35,538 nt of DNA, taken from the IMG/VR virus record IMGVR_UViG_3300020042_002931, positions 1-35,538 of that record; one strand, given 5' to 3'. The DNA is from a virus (lineage: Duplodnaviria; Caudoviricetes). The position numbers and the translations under genes are program-made. Each line of letters opens with the position of its first letter. Position 1 is the first letter of the stretch. Positions 18,502 to 27,255 of this stretch are shown here, piece by piece. The notes under the pieces were generated by a model. The model was not told where the DNA came from, ran no database searches, and was given only the letters and a program-made list of their open reading frames with translations.

Positions 18502-19617
18502 ATGATACAAATTAAAGAAGAATTTAAAAAATTAATTCCTGCATTAACAAATGAAGAATTTAAACAACTTGAAGCGAATTGCTTGGCTGAGGGTATTCGT
18601 GAAAAAATTATAACTTGGAATGGGTTTATAATTGATGGGCATAACCGTTTTGAAATTGCTACCCGTTGGAATTTAGATTATCAAACTGAAAGTAAAAGAT
18701 TTGATAATGAAAATGATGTTCGTGAATGGATGATTAACAACCAATTTGGTAGAAGAAATTTAAGTAATTATCAAAGAAGTGTTTTAGCTTTAGAACTTGA
18801 AAGTGTATTTTCTGCAAGAGCAAAAGAAAGAATGTTAAGTGGCAAACCTGTGCCGAAATCAGAACAGGGTAGAACTATTGAAAAAGTTGCTGATGTTGCA
18901 AATGTTGGTAAAGATACAATAGCAAAAGTAAAAGTAATTGAAGCCAAAGCAAGTGAAGAAGTTAAAGCACAATTAAGCACTGGCGAAGTAAGTATAAACC
19001 AAGTTTATCAAGAAATAAAAAAAGAGGAAAAGAAAGCAGTTAGAATTGAATTAATTGAACAACAAATAGAAGATATTGAACAGGGTTTATTGCCTGAATT
19101 AGAAGGTTTATTTGATGTTGTTTCAGTTGACCCGCCTTGGCCTTATGAAGGAGAAAACAAAAATATAACTTCATTTGATTCAGTAGGTAGAAGAGTTGCA
19201 AATCCATATCCTGAAATGAGCATTGAAGATATAAAAAAAATTGAAATGCCTTTAATAAATGATGCTGTTGTATTACTTTGGACTACACATAAATTTTTGC
19301 CTGATGCTTTTGAAATTTTAAAAGAATGGGGATTAGATTACAAAGCAACTTTAGTTTGGAATAAAGAAAAAATGGGAATGGGTGCTTGGTTTAGAATGCA
19401 ATGTGAGTTTTGTATTGTAGGAGTTAAAGGTAAACCATATTGGGAAAATACAACCTTTAGAGATATTTTAAACGAACCAAGAAGGGAACACTCAAGAAAG
19501 CCAGATTCGTTTTTTGAAATGATTGAAAAAATAACAATGGGAAGAAGGTTAGAATATTTTAGTAGAGAAAAAAGAAATGGATGGGAAGTTTTTGGAAACG
19601 ATATAAATAAATTTTAA
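18502..19617 (+). CDS. ParB-like N-terminal domain fused to MT-A70 family N6-adenine methyltransferase
   Basis: IIDGHNR and QFGRRNL (ParB-like); VDPPW, LLWTT, LVWNK, HSRKP and LEYFSR (MT-A70). Confidence 0.88.
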   Translation: MIQIKEEFKKLIPALTNEEFKQLEANCLAEGIREKIITWNGFIIDGHNRFEIATRWNLDYQTESKRFDNENDVREWMINNQFGRRNLSNYQRSVLALELESVFSARAKERMLSGKPVPKSEQGRTIEKVADVANVGKDTIAKVKVIEAKASEEVKAQLSTGEVSINQVYQEIKKEEKKAVRIELIEQQIEDIEQGLLPELEGLFDVVSVDPPWPYEGENKNITSFDSVGRRVANPYPEMSIEDIKKIEMPLINDAVVLLWTTHKFLPDAFEILKEWGLDYKATLVWNKEKMGMGAWFRMQCEFCIVGVKGKPYWENTTFRDILNEPRREHSRKPDSFFEMIEKITMGRRLEYFSREKRNGWEVFGNDINKF

Positions 19618-19620
19618 ATT

Positions 19621-20085
19621 ATGAGTTTTCAAATTAAATTGCAAAAAGGAGAACTTGGAGAACAAATAATTTCAAATTATTTAGAAAAAAAAGGGTGGAT
19701 AGTTTACCGCCCTTTTACAAAAGATAAAGCACATTATTTTGATATGCTTTGTACTTATAATAAAGAAAAAGTTATTGCTATTGATGTAAAAACAAAAGCA
19801 CGATTAAATAAATGGAACGCACAAGGGATAAATATAAAAAGCTATAATGAGTACTTAAATTTTGTAAAAACTACTTCGGTTAATTTTTACCTTATTTTCG
19901 TAGATGACAAAACAGGAGCAGTTCATTTAGCTGATTTAATTAAATTAAAAAACCCAATATATCCAAATGAAAAAATAATAGCTTGGAATTTGAATGATAT
20001 GAAATATTTATTTACAATTACAGAAAATGAAATTAAAGAACTATCTAAATACGACCAAAGAAATTATGAGTTTAAGCCAAGTTAA
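19621..20085 (+). CDS. PD-(D/E)XK nuclease-like protein
   Basis: KGELGEQII...FDML...IDVKTK motif. Confidence 0.6.
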   Translation: MSFQIKLQKGELGEQIISNYLEKKGWIVYRPFTKDKAHYFDMLCTYNKEKVIAIDVKTKARLNKWNAQGINIKSYNEYLNFVKTTSVNFYLIFVDDKTGAVHLADLIKLKNPIYPNEKIIAWNLNDMKYLFTITENEIKELSKYDQRNYEFKPS

Positions 20086-20473
20086 AAAAAAACCAACAAG
20101 GAAAAGTTTAGTTGAAAAATTAGATAAAATCTTCAGTATTTATATTAGAAGAAAAGACGCTATTAATGATATGGCTATTTGCGTAACCTGTAATAAAAAA
20201 AATCATTGGAGTAAATTACAAAACGGTCATTATATGTCAAGACGTCATTATAACACACGTTGGGATGAAGATAATTGCCACGTTCAATGTGCAGGGTGTA
20301 ATGTATTTAAAGCTGGAGAAATATATTTATATGGTAAATATCTTTGTTCAAAATTTGATAATAACTTTCCTGATATGTTGTATGCTAAATCACATAAAGT
20401 TGTTAAATTTGCAGATGTAGATTTAATAGATATGATAGAATACTATACTAATAAGGTTAATGATTTAAGTTAA
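20066..20473 (+). CDS. ninG: NinG/Rap-like recombination endonuclease
   Basis: FSIYIRRKD...CVTC...NGHYMSRR..TRWDEDNCHVQCAGCN. Confidence 0.85.
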   Translation: MSLSQVKKKPTRKSLVEKLDKIFSIYIRRKDAINDMAICVTCNKKNHWSKLQNGHYMSRRHYNTRWDEDNCHVQCAGCNVFKAGEIYLYGKYLCSKFDNNFPDMLYAKSHKVVKFADVDLIDMIEYYTNKVNDLS

Positions 20474-20503
20474 AAATTTGTTTTTGTTTTTCTTTGTTTT
20501 AAG

Positions 20504-20530
20504 AAGCTACTGTAAAAGGTAGCTTTTTTT
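20504..20530 (+). terminator. Intrinsic terminator
   Basis: AAGCTAC...GTAGCTT plus T-run. Confidence 0.75.
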
Positions 20531-20534
20531 ATTT

Positions 20535-20595
20535 GTTAAAGTATTGTTAAAAAAAATTAATATAGTTTTATATTCAAAAAACAGTTATATATTTG
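20535..20595 (+). promoter_or_regulatory. Early promoter (TATATTTG) with tandem GTTAA boxes
   Basis: GTTAA at 20535 and 20546; -7 box at 20588-20595. Confidence 0.7.
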
Positions 20596-20625
20596 CATAA
20601 CAATAATAACTAAAAAACAAACATT

Positions 20626-20715
20626 ATGAAACAAAATTTAAAAGATTTCGCATTATCATTAGCATTTATGATTACATTAACATTAATTTATTTAACAACA
20701 ATTTATTTTTTATAA
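20626..20715 (+). CDS. 29-aa hydrophobic peptide
   Basis: MKQNLKDFALSLAFMITLTLIYLTTIYFL, the first ORF after the promoter. Confidence 0.55.
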   Translation: MKQNLKDFALSLAFMITLTLIYLTTIYFL

Positions 20716-20716
20716 T

Positions 20717-20896
20717 ATGAAAGATTTAATAGACTACCAAAGATTTCAAATTGAAAGTTTACAGGCAAGAGTTTGCGAACTTGAAAACATTAACAACGTA
20801 CTATCAGGATATTGCTTTGAAGCATTAGACAAAGATTGTCCGAAAGAATACAAAGTGATTATTAAAAAAGAAATTTATAACCTAAAATTAAAATAA
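20717..20896 (+). CDS. Hypothetical protein (59 aa, MKDLIDYQRFQIESLQ...)
   Basis: Tightly packed between its neighbours. Confidence 0.65.
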   Translation: MKDLIDYQRFQIESLQARVCELENINNVLSGYCFEALDKDCPKEYKVIIKKEIYNLKLK

Positions 20897-20897
20897 A

Positions 20898-21452
20898 ATG
20901 GAATTAACACTTAATCAAAAACTATCTTTAATTCAAAAAGAATTTAAAGCAAACAAATCAAAATTAAATAGTTTTGGAAAATACAACTTTAGAAGTGCAG
21001 AAGATATATTAGAAGCACTTAAACCTTTTAACGAAAAATATAAAGTGAATTTTACAATTACAGAATCAATAGTTGAATCACAATTTTTACAATTTCCAAT
21101 GTTACGTTCTGTAGCTGCAATAAGTGATGATTTAGACACACTAACGGCTTCAGCAATAGTTGGTGTAGATTTAGAACAAAAAGGAATGCAAATGCCACAA
21201 AAGTTTGGTTCTGCAAGTTCTTATGCTAAAAAGTACGCATTAGGTAATTTATTGCTAATTGACGATACACAAGATGCAGACGCATCAAATAAGCACGAAA
21301 AGAGTACTTCTAAAGAAGAATTAAAATGGTTAAATAAAAATACACCTGAATTTAATAAAGCATTAGAATACGTTAAAAATGGTGGTTTAGTTTCTGCAAT
21401 AGAAGCTAAATATAAAATGACTAAAGAAGTGAAAGACGAATTAACTAAATAA
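20898..21452 (+). CDS. erf: ERF-family single-strand annealing protein
   Basis: YNFRSAEDIL and GSASSYAKKYALGNLLLIDDTQDAD signature. Confidence 0.88.
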   Translation: MELTLNQKLSLIQKEFKANKSKLNSFGKYNFRSAEDILEALKPFNEKYKVNFTITESIVESQFLQFPMLRSVAAISDDLDTLTASAIVGVDLEQKGMQMPQKFGSASSYAKKYALGNLLLIDDTQDADASNKHEKSTSKEELKWLNKNTPEFNKALEYVKNGGLVSAIEAKYKMTKEVKDELTK

Positions 21453-21507
21453 GTTATAACGGTTGAGTGTAAAAAATCGTTTTAATGTTTTTTACACTTT
21501 GTTATAA
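21453..21507. repeat. attC-like hairpin A1
   Basis: GTTATAAC-ggttg-AGTGTAAAAAA-11 nt-TTTTTTACACT-tt-GTTATAA. Confidence 0.8.
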
Positions 21508-21548
21508 GTATGTTAATTTTTAGTTTTACCTTATAAAAAATATATAAT

Positions 21549-21782
21549 ATGAAAAGAGAATTGAAATGTATTCACAATAGAGCAATAAATCCAGAAATGG
21601 GTGTAGTGTGTGATTTAAGACAACCAAACTCATTGTGTAAAAACTGTAAAACATTCAAGGCGAAATACCCAAGTTATTGCTGTCAAAAATGTGGAGAATG
21701 TATAGGTTGGCTTGGTAGATTTATTGAATGGGTTTATTGTGGTTTGATAAAGCATAAATGTAAATCCAAAGCTAAAAATTAA
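21549..21782 (+). CDS. Cassette-borne Cys-rich protein (77 aa)
   Basis: ORF inside GTTA...TAAC unit 21501-21793. Confidence 0.65.
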   Translation: MKRELKCIHNRAINPEMGVVCDLRQPNSLCKNCKTFKAKYPSYCCQKCGECIGWLGRFIEWVYCGLIKHKCKSKAKN

Positions 21783-21786
21783 TTAC

Positions 21787-21917
21787 TTATAACTATCGTA
21801 TAGACGTCTGTTGCGTAAAAACACAAAACCATCTTTCAGTTTAACACGGAATTGAAAGGTACAAAACAATCACTAAATTAATCACAATGTAGCAATAGCG
21901 TGTAATTGCTGTTATAA
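21787..21917. repeat. attC-like hairpin A2
   Basis: TTATAAC...TAGACG[T]CTGTTGC ... GCAATAG-CGTGTA...GTTATAA, with inner stem CTTTCAGTT/AATTGAAAG. Confidence 0.7.
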
Positions 21918-21926
21918 CCAGTTATT

Positions 21927-22142
21927 ATGTGGAATAGAGAATTAAAAGAAAGAATAAAGTTATTAGAATATGAGAATTACTTATTATCTAATAAACTAAA
22001 AGAAATTGAAAAGCAGTTAAAACCAATTATGCCATCATTTTCATTTCCAAGATTAATTAGAGAAGATGGAATTGATTTAAGTTACGAACATTTAAGAAAA
22101 AAATATCGTGATTTCGATGTTATTTACAAAGATGGGTTATAA
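21927..22142 (+). CDS. Cassette-borne hypothetical protein (71 aa)
   Basis: ORF inside unit 21911-22153. Confidence 0.65.
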   Translation: MWNRELKERIKLLEYENYLLSNKLKEIEKQLKPIMPSFSFPRLIREDGIDLSYEHLRKKYRDFDVIYKDGL

Positions 22143-22146
22143 TTGG

Positions 22147-22213
22147 TTATAACGTTTACAGCTATACGTCAGGTTTTGTTTTTCAAAAAACTTGCGTATA
22201 GGTGGTGTTATCG
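22147..22213. repeat. attC-like hairpin A3
   Basis: TTATAAC...CTATACG[T]CAGGTTTT-9 nt-AAAACTTG-CGTATAG...GTTATCG. Confidence 0.8.
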
Positions 22214-22256
22214 GCTGCCCTTCTTTAGGAATGATTAATAATTTAAAATAAATAAA

Positions 22257-22496
22257 ATGGAACAAACAACACTTAAAAAGCTAATTGATTTTAATGATAA
22301 ATTGATAGCTAAAAATGGAGAAACTTTAACTGCATACGAAATTTTACAAAAAGTAATTCGTAAAGCTGCGGAACTTGTTGAAGAAGAAAAAACAATTATT
22401 GCAGATGCTTTTAACGAAGGTTATAGAGCAGGTAATTATGACAGGGGAACTTCTGGAATTGAATACTATGTCGAAAATTTCGGTGATGTCAGTTAG
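22257..22496 (+). CDS. Cassette-borne hypothetical protein (79 aa)
   Basis: ORF inside unit 22207-22509; resembles 30514..30726. Confidence 0.7.
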   Translation: MEQTTLKKLIDFNDKLIAKNGETLTAYEILQKVIRKAAELVEEEKTIIADAFNEGYRAGNYDRGTSGIEYYVENFGDVS

Positions 22497-22502
22497 GGTT
22501 GC

Positions 22503-22578
22503 CGATAACTATCGTATAGACGCTGTAGATTTAAAAAACAAAATAAGTATTATCTATTGCGTTTATACTAAGTTATAA
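22503..22578. repeat. attC-like hairpin A4
   Basis: CGATAAC-tatc-GTATAGACGC-tg-TAGAT ... ATCTA-tt-GCGTTTATAC-taa-GTTATAA. Confidence 0.75.
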
Positions 22579-22582
22579 TTAT

Positions 22583-22590
22583 TATATTTG
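22583..22590 (+). promoter_or_regulatory. Promoter -7 box TATATTTG for the SSB-like gene
   Basis: TAnnTTTG about 55 nt before the ATG at 22646. Confidence 0.6.
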
Positions 22591-22645
22591 TAAAACTGAA
22601 TAGCTGACAACAGTAAAAAAAGGTAAGCAATAAAAAACAAATAAT

Positions 22646-22942
22646 ATGGGTGCATTAATTAATTTAAGTTTAAGAGTAGACAAATTACCAAAAGAGAAGT
22701 TTGTTCAAGGTAAAGATGGAGCAGTTTATTACAATTTTACTATTGGAGTAAATGATGAATCTAACCAATGGGGTCAAAATGTTTCTGCAACAGATTCACA
22801 AACTAAAGAAGAACGTGAAGCTAAAAAGCCAAAGTCTTATTTAGGTAATGGAAATGTAATTTGGACAGATGGTAACATTAAAATTGCTGATAAAAAAGCA
22901 GAAGTTACTGCAGAAGTAGTAGGAGCGGATTTGCCGTTCTAA
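22646..22942 (+). CDS. Putative single-stranded DNA-binding protein
   Basis: 98 aa, beta-rich, C-terminal DLPF tail, near erf. Confidence 0.65.
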   Translation: MGALINLSLRVDKLPKEKFVQGKDGAVYYNFTIGVNDESNQWGQNVSATDSQTKEEREAKKPKSYLGNGNVIWTDGNIKIADKKAEVTAEVVGADLPF

Positions 22943-22950
22943 ATTTAATT

Positions 22951-22977
22951 GGGTAGTGTAAAAGCTACCCTTTTTTT
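22951..22977 (+). terminator. Intrinsic terminator
   Basis: GGGTAGT-gtaaaa-GCTACCC-T7. Confidence 0.85.
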
Positions 22978-22996
22978 AAACAAAGAAAACAATAAT

Positions 22997-23839
22997 ATGG
23001 ATATAGAAGCACAAAGATTATTAATGCAAATGTACGAGGAAGAATGCTTTATTAATCCATTAGAAAAAATAGAACACCCAAAACCTGCAATATCATTTGG
23101 AACTAAAAGTTATGAAACAAAAGATGGCGAAGTAAGTTATCCAGTACCATTAGGAACATACGGAAACTTTAGTTTTATACAAGCACCGCCAAAATCAAAG
23201 AAAACATTTTTTGTAAGTTTATTATCAGCAGTTTATTTAGCTGAAAATTTACAATCATTTGCAGGTGATTTAAAAGCAAATAGACACAATCAGCATTTAG
23301 TACATTTTGATACAGAACAAGGTAACTTTCACGCTGCAATGGTATTTAAAAGACCATTAGATATGACTTCAATAAAATCAGATAAATACCACACATTAGC
23401 ATTAAGACAATTAGGATTTAAAGAACGTATAGACTTTATAGAATATTATCTTTATGACAAATTAGAAGGTAAAAATATTGGATTAGTAATTATTGATGGA
23501 ATTGCAGATTTATGTAGTGATGTAAATAACATTGAAGAATCAAATAATGTGGTTCAAAAGTTAATGAAATGGACAAAAGAATTGAATTGTCATATAATAA
23601 CAGTTATCCATAGTAACTTTGGTTCAGATAAACCAACAGGTCATTTAGGTTCTTTTTTAGAAAAGAAAACAGAAACACAAATACAATTAGAATTAAATAC
23701 AGTAAATAAAGGATTAGTAACCGTAAGTTGTAAACGCTCAAGAAACGCACCATTTGATAACTTTAGCTTTAAAGTTAATAGTTTTGGATTGCCACAAGTT
23801 GAAGGTGCTTTTTACGACCCATTAAAAGATATATTTTAA
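22997..23839 (+). CDS. RecA-like AAA ATPase/helicase (AAA_25-like)
   Basis: Variant Walker A APPKSKKT, FDTEQG, Walker B VIIDGIADL, VIH...GHLGS. Confidence 0.8.
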   Translation: MDIEAQRLLMQMYEEECFINPLEKIEHPKPAISFGTKSYETKDGEVSYPVPLGTYGNFSFIQAPPKSKKTFFVSLLSAVYLAENLQSFAGDLKANRHNQHLVHFDTEQGNFHAAMVFKRPLDMTSIKSDKYHTLALRQLGFKERIDFIEYYLYDKLEGKNIGLVIIDGIADLCSDVNNIEESNNVVQKLMKWTKELNCHIITVIHSNFGSDKPTGHLGSFLEKKTETQIQLELNTVNKGLVTVSCKRSRNAPFDNFSFKVNSFGLPQVEGAFYDPLKDIF

Positions 23840-23840
23840 A

Positions 23841-24290
23841 ATGATAAAATTTGAAAAATTTTTAATAGAAAAAGAATATTTAAAGTTTGCTTTTAATGGC
23901 AAAGAAATGAAGTATTACAAACCAAAAGAACATATTATTTCGACAATGTTAAATTTAGGGCATCGTTATATACATAATTCAGATACTAATTTGTTAAATA
24001 AAATAGAACAAGGTAAAAGTGTTATGGAAAAGGATTTTACTTGGGAAGATAGAAAAGGCGAAATATTTATAGGTTTACACGAAAAAGATAAACCTGTTAC
24101 GCTAATTAGTCCAAGACCAAGAATAGAAATAAAAAGATTAATAGATAATAAAGTAGTTGTTTTTAATGAACGGTATGATAATGAAATGAATGTTGTTTTA
24201 TCAAAAATTGATTTTGAAGATATTTTAAAAGCAATGTATAATAAAGAAATAATATTAAAAATAGATTTAACTAATGGAAACAACAATTAA
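23841..24290 (+). CDS. Hypothetical protein (149 aa)
   Basis: ORF track. Confidence 0.65.
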   Translation: MIKFEKFLIEKEYLKFAFNGKEMKYYKPKEHIISTMLNLGHRYIHNSDTNLLNKIEQGKSVMEKDFTWEDRKGEIFIGLHEKDKPVTLISPRPRIEIKRLIDNKVVVFNERYDNEMNVVLSKIDFEDILKAMYNKEIILKIDLTNGNNN

Positions 24291-24561
24291 AAATCACATA
24301 AACGAATTACAAACTTCTGCGACAAGAATGTTAGTATTAAATTCAGATAACAAAATGTTAATAAGTTATTTTAAAGACTTAACAGAAAAGTTGTTATATT
24401 TGAAACAATTAGTTGATATGGAAACTAAATACAACTGGATTGAAATAGAAAATTTAATGTTAAAGTTAAAAGAAATAGATACAGAATTAACACACATTAA
24501 TATTGAAGTACAAATAGCAGAAGTAAAAACAGAAAAGAAATCAGCATATATAAAAAATTAA
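24274..24561 (+). CDS. Hypothetical protein (95 aa)
   Basis: ORF track; packed operon. Confidence 0.65.
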   Translation: METTIKNHINELQTSATRMLVLNSDNKMLISYFKDLTEKLLYLKQLVDMETKYNWIEIENLMLKLKEIDTELTHINIEVQIAEVKTEKKSAYIKN

Positions 24562-24565
24562 AATT

Positions 24566-24781
24566 ATGGAATTATTTACATTAATATTAGTATTTATTTT
24601 AGCAGTAGTATTTTTAGCAACAAGTTTTTTTGAATGTGATGTAATAATCACGCCAATTAAAGGAGTAATGTTTGGTGCATTATATAACGATGATGTGTAT
24701 ATTACAGAAACAGACCACACAATTCAAATAGTAATATTATTTATATCCTTTAATTTTTTATGGACAACTACAAATGGTTAG
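24566..24781 (+). CDS. Small membrane protein (71 aa)
   Basis: N-terminal hydrophobic helix. Confidence 0.6.
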   Translation: MELFTLILVFILAVVFLATSFFECDVIITPIKGVMFGALYNDDVYITETDHTIQIVILFISFNFLWTTTNG

Positions 24782-25302
24782 AACAGGTTGCAAAACATCA
24801 CAAAGAATGGGTAGAAGTTATTTATAAACTTGGCGAGTATGATTATGCAGAAGATATAGTCCAAGAAAGTTACATTGCTTTAATGAAATATGCTGATGCT
24901 ACAAAGCTAATTGATGTAAATGGTAATGTACGAAAAGGATATATGTTTTTTACTTTACGTTCTTTGTATTATCAGTTTTACAATAAAAAGAAAAAGATTA
25001 ATAAAGTATCTTTTGATGGTTGCTGGGAATTATTTGATGAAACAAACGTAGAAGAACACAAAGCATATCATAATATCTGTTTAATAATAGATGAAGAAAT
25101 AGATAATTGGCATTGGTATGACCGCAAATTGTTTAAATTATACCGAGATACAGATATGTCAATGCGGGATATAGCAAAAGAAACAAACATAAGTTTAATA
25201 TCAATTTTTCATAGCATTAAGAATTACAAAGAAATATTAAATACTAAATTTCAAAAAGATTATCAAGATTATATTACAAATGACTATAATAATATTTACT
25301 AA
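24760..25302 (+). CDS. ECF-type sigma-70-like factor
   Basis: Region 2-like AEDIVQESYI and region 4 HTH SMRDIAKETNISLISIFHSIKN; 180 aa. Confidence 0.75.
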   Translation: MDNYKWLEQVAKHHKEWVEVIYKLGEYDYAEDIVQESYIALMKYADATKLIDVNGNVRKGYMFFTLRSLYYQFYNKKKKINKVSFDGCWELFDETNVEEHKAYHNICLIIDEEIDNWHWYDRKLFKLYRDTDMSMRDIAKETNISLISIFHSIKNYKEILNTKFQKDYQDYITNDYNNIY

Positions 25303-25511
25303 TGAATTGGAATTATATAGAAGGTTTAATTAAATTTTATAATTATATAGATTTTAACACACTATCTAAAGTTAAAATAGAAGAAATACCAGCAACAAAT
25401 GATTTAAAAATGATATTTTCAGTATCTAATATTATTCATTTAGTAAGGGAAAAAGATTACAAAATTACAAAAGAAGATTTGAATTATATAAACAAAATTA
25501 AAAACAATTAA
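25302..25511 (+). CDS. Hypothetical protein (69 aa)
   Basis: TAATG-coupled to the upstream gene. Confidence 0.6.
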   Translation: MNWNYIEGLIKFYNYIDFNTLSKVKIEEIPATNDLKMIFSVSNIIHLVREKDYKITKEDLNYINKIKNN

Positions 25512-25512
25512 A

Positions 25513-25893
25513 ATGGCAAGAGGTAGAAAAGCAAAAGGTTTAGGTGATACAATAGAATCTATCACAACCGCAACAGGAATTAAAGCAGTAGTAGAAACAT
25601 TTAGCAAAGCAACTGGATTAGATTGTGGATGCGACAAACGTAAAGAAACATTAAATAAATTGTTTCCTTATAATTCAAACATTAACTGTTTAACAGAAGC
25701 AGATTATAATTTATTAACAGGGTTTTTAGACCCTTTAAAAAACACATTAACACCAAGTGAACAATTAATAGTATCAGATATTTATTTTAACGTATTTAAT
25801 TATCGTTTGCAATTATCATCTTGTGGTTCTTGTTGGAAAGGGAAAGTAGAAGAATTAAGAAAAGTTTATAACGAATACAAATTAAATGACTAA
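25513..25893 (+). CDS. Phage protein with GLGDT...CGC...CGSC motifs (probable metal binding)
   Basis: ORF track; Cys pattern. Confidence 0.7.
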   Translation: MARGRKAKGLGDTIESITTATGIKAVVETFSKATGLDCGCDKRKETLNKLFPYNSNINCLTEADYNLLTGFLDPLKNTLTPSEQLIVSDIYFNVFNYRLQLSSCGSCWKGKVEELRKVYNEYKLND

Positions 25894-26281
25894 CTGGAAA
25901 GAAGTTGATTTATTTGAATGGTTAAAAGAAAATGTATATCCTGATTTAGTTAAAGCTAAGAATCAAATGTCAAGGTGGGATTGTTACAGTCCCGCTTCAG
26001 GTCATAGATTAGAATTAAAGTGTAGAAAAGCACATTATGGTACTTTATTACTTGAAAAGAAAAAGTACGATGCAATGAAGCAAGAATGTGAAAAGCATTT
26101 AGATACACCAATGTATTTTAATTCAACTCCAAAAGGTATTTATAGTTTTAATTTAAACATAATTATACCTGAATGGGAAACTAACTTTAAGAATCCAGCA
26201 ACAACACAATTTTATAATACCAATAAAGTAGAAAAAGAAGTAGCATATTTAGAAATAACAAAAGCAAAACAATGGAAATAA
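25886..26281 (+). CDS. PD-(D/E)XK nuclease-like protein
   Basis: E...RWDC...LELKCR motif. Confidence 0.6.
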   Translation: MTNWKEVDLFEWLKENVYPDLVKAKNQMSRWDCYSPASGHRLELKCRKAHYGTLLLEKKKYDAMKQECEKHLDTPMYFNSTPKGIYSFNLNIIIPEWETNFKNPATTQFYNTNKVEKEVAYLEITKAKQWK

Positions 26282-26628
26282 ATGTAATACAGCAAGAGTA
26301 TTTAAAATCAGTAATATTAAGTCAATTATTACTTGAAGCAAACGAAAGTTTGTTTTTTACAACACAATACAAACAACAAATTAAACACAAAATAAATAGT
26401 TTAAATAAAGATTTAGAAGAAACAGTAAGAAAAGAATATAGTATAATTTACAATACAGACCCTGAAACAACAACAAACATTTTAAATAGTATTGAAGCAA
26501 TAGTTAAAAAACTGCAAACAAGTTCAATAGATGAATTAGTATTTATAAATGCAGTTATCGACAAATATAAAGAAAACAAAGAATGGTTTTCAGAACACGC
26601 TGAAACAGAGTTTTTAAAATTAAATTAA
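26272..26628 (+). CDS. Hypothetical protein (118 aa)
   Basis: ORF track. Confidence 0.65.
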   Translation: MEINVIQQEYLKSVILSQLLLEANESLFFTTQYKQQIKHKINSLNKDLEETVRKEYSIIYNTDPETTTNILNSIEAIVKKLQTSSIDELVFINAVIDKYKENKEWFSEHAETEFLKLN

Positions 26629-26633
26629 AAAAT

Positions 26634-26810
26634 ATGGAAATTAAAATGGTTTTATATGTAGACGAAAAAAACATATCACAAATAAATTGGAATACAGATA
26701 ATAAATTTATTGCGGAAGATATAAATGAAATATTAAATTCAAAACATATACCAGTAGAAAAAACAATAGAAGTAATTACAAAAATATTAAATAATAAATA
26801 TGAAAAGTAA
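26634..26810 (+). CDS. Hypothetical protein (58 aa, MEIKMVLYVDEK...)
   Basis: Fills the gap; TAATG-coupled to the next gene. Confidence 0.6.
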   Translation: MEIKMVLYVDEKNISQINWNTDNKFIAEDINEILNSKHIPVEKTIEVITKILNNKYEK

Positions 26811-27073
26811 TGGCAAAAAAACAAATAGAAAAATATATTCCTACAGATGCGGAATTACAATGTAGTTACATTTGCCATAAAAATGATTTAGCTTATGTTA
26901 TACAACCAATACAAAATTCAAAGAAATACAAAGTAGTTAAGTTTCAAATATCAAACAGGTTAGAAGTACATACTTTAAAAGATAACGCACAAGATTTAGA
27001 ATTAACAGAATACGAAGCATTAAAGAAAACAATGGAACTTTACACACAACACTCAAAAAGATTTAACAAATGA
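26810..27073 (+). CDS. Hypothetical protein (87 aa)
   Basis: ORF track. Confidence 0.65.
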   Translation: MAKKQIEKYIPTDAELQCSYICHKNDLAYVIQPIQNSKKYKVVKFQISNRLEVHTLKDNAQDLELTEYEALKKTMELYTQHSKRFNK

Positions 27074-27255
27074 AAGATACAATAGTAAAATCAGTTATAA
27101 ATCAATTTAAACAGCGTTCTGAAGTAGGAATTAATAAATATAACACAACATTAGATAGAACAGATTTAACACGCTTAGAATGGTTGCAACACGCACAGGA
27201 AGAAGCAATGGATATGATTTTATATCTTGAAAAATTAAAACAATATGAAAAGTAA
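27070..27255 (+). CDS. Small all-alpha protein, possibly MazG/NTP-pyrophosphatase-like
   Basis: GINKY...WLQHAQEEAMD..LY pattern (EExxD). Confidence 0.5.
   Translation: MKDTIVKSVINQFKQRSEVGINKYNTTLDRTDLTRLEWLQHAQEEAMDMILYLEKLKQYEK

Noticed and set aside
21453-22578. CRISPR array interpretation of the repeats
   Set aside because: The repeats are not identical or regularly spaced, and the intervening units are 240-300 nt genes.
22375-22578. 67-aa ORF overlapping 22257..22496 and hairpin A4
   Set aside because: Out-of-frame overlap with a better ORF and no good start context.
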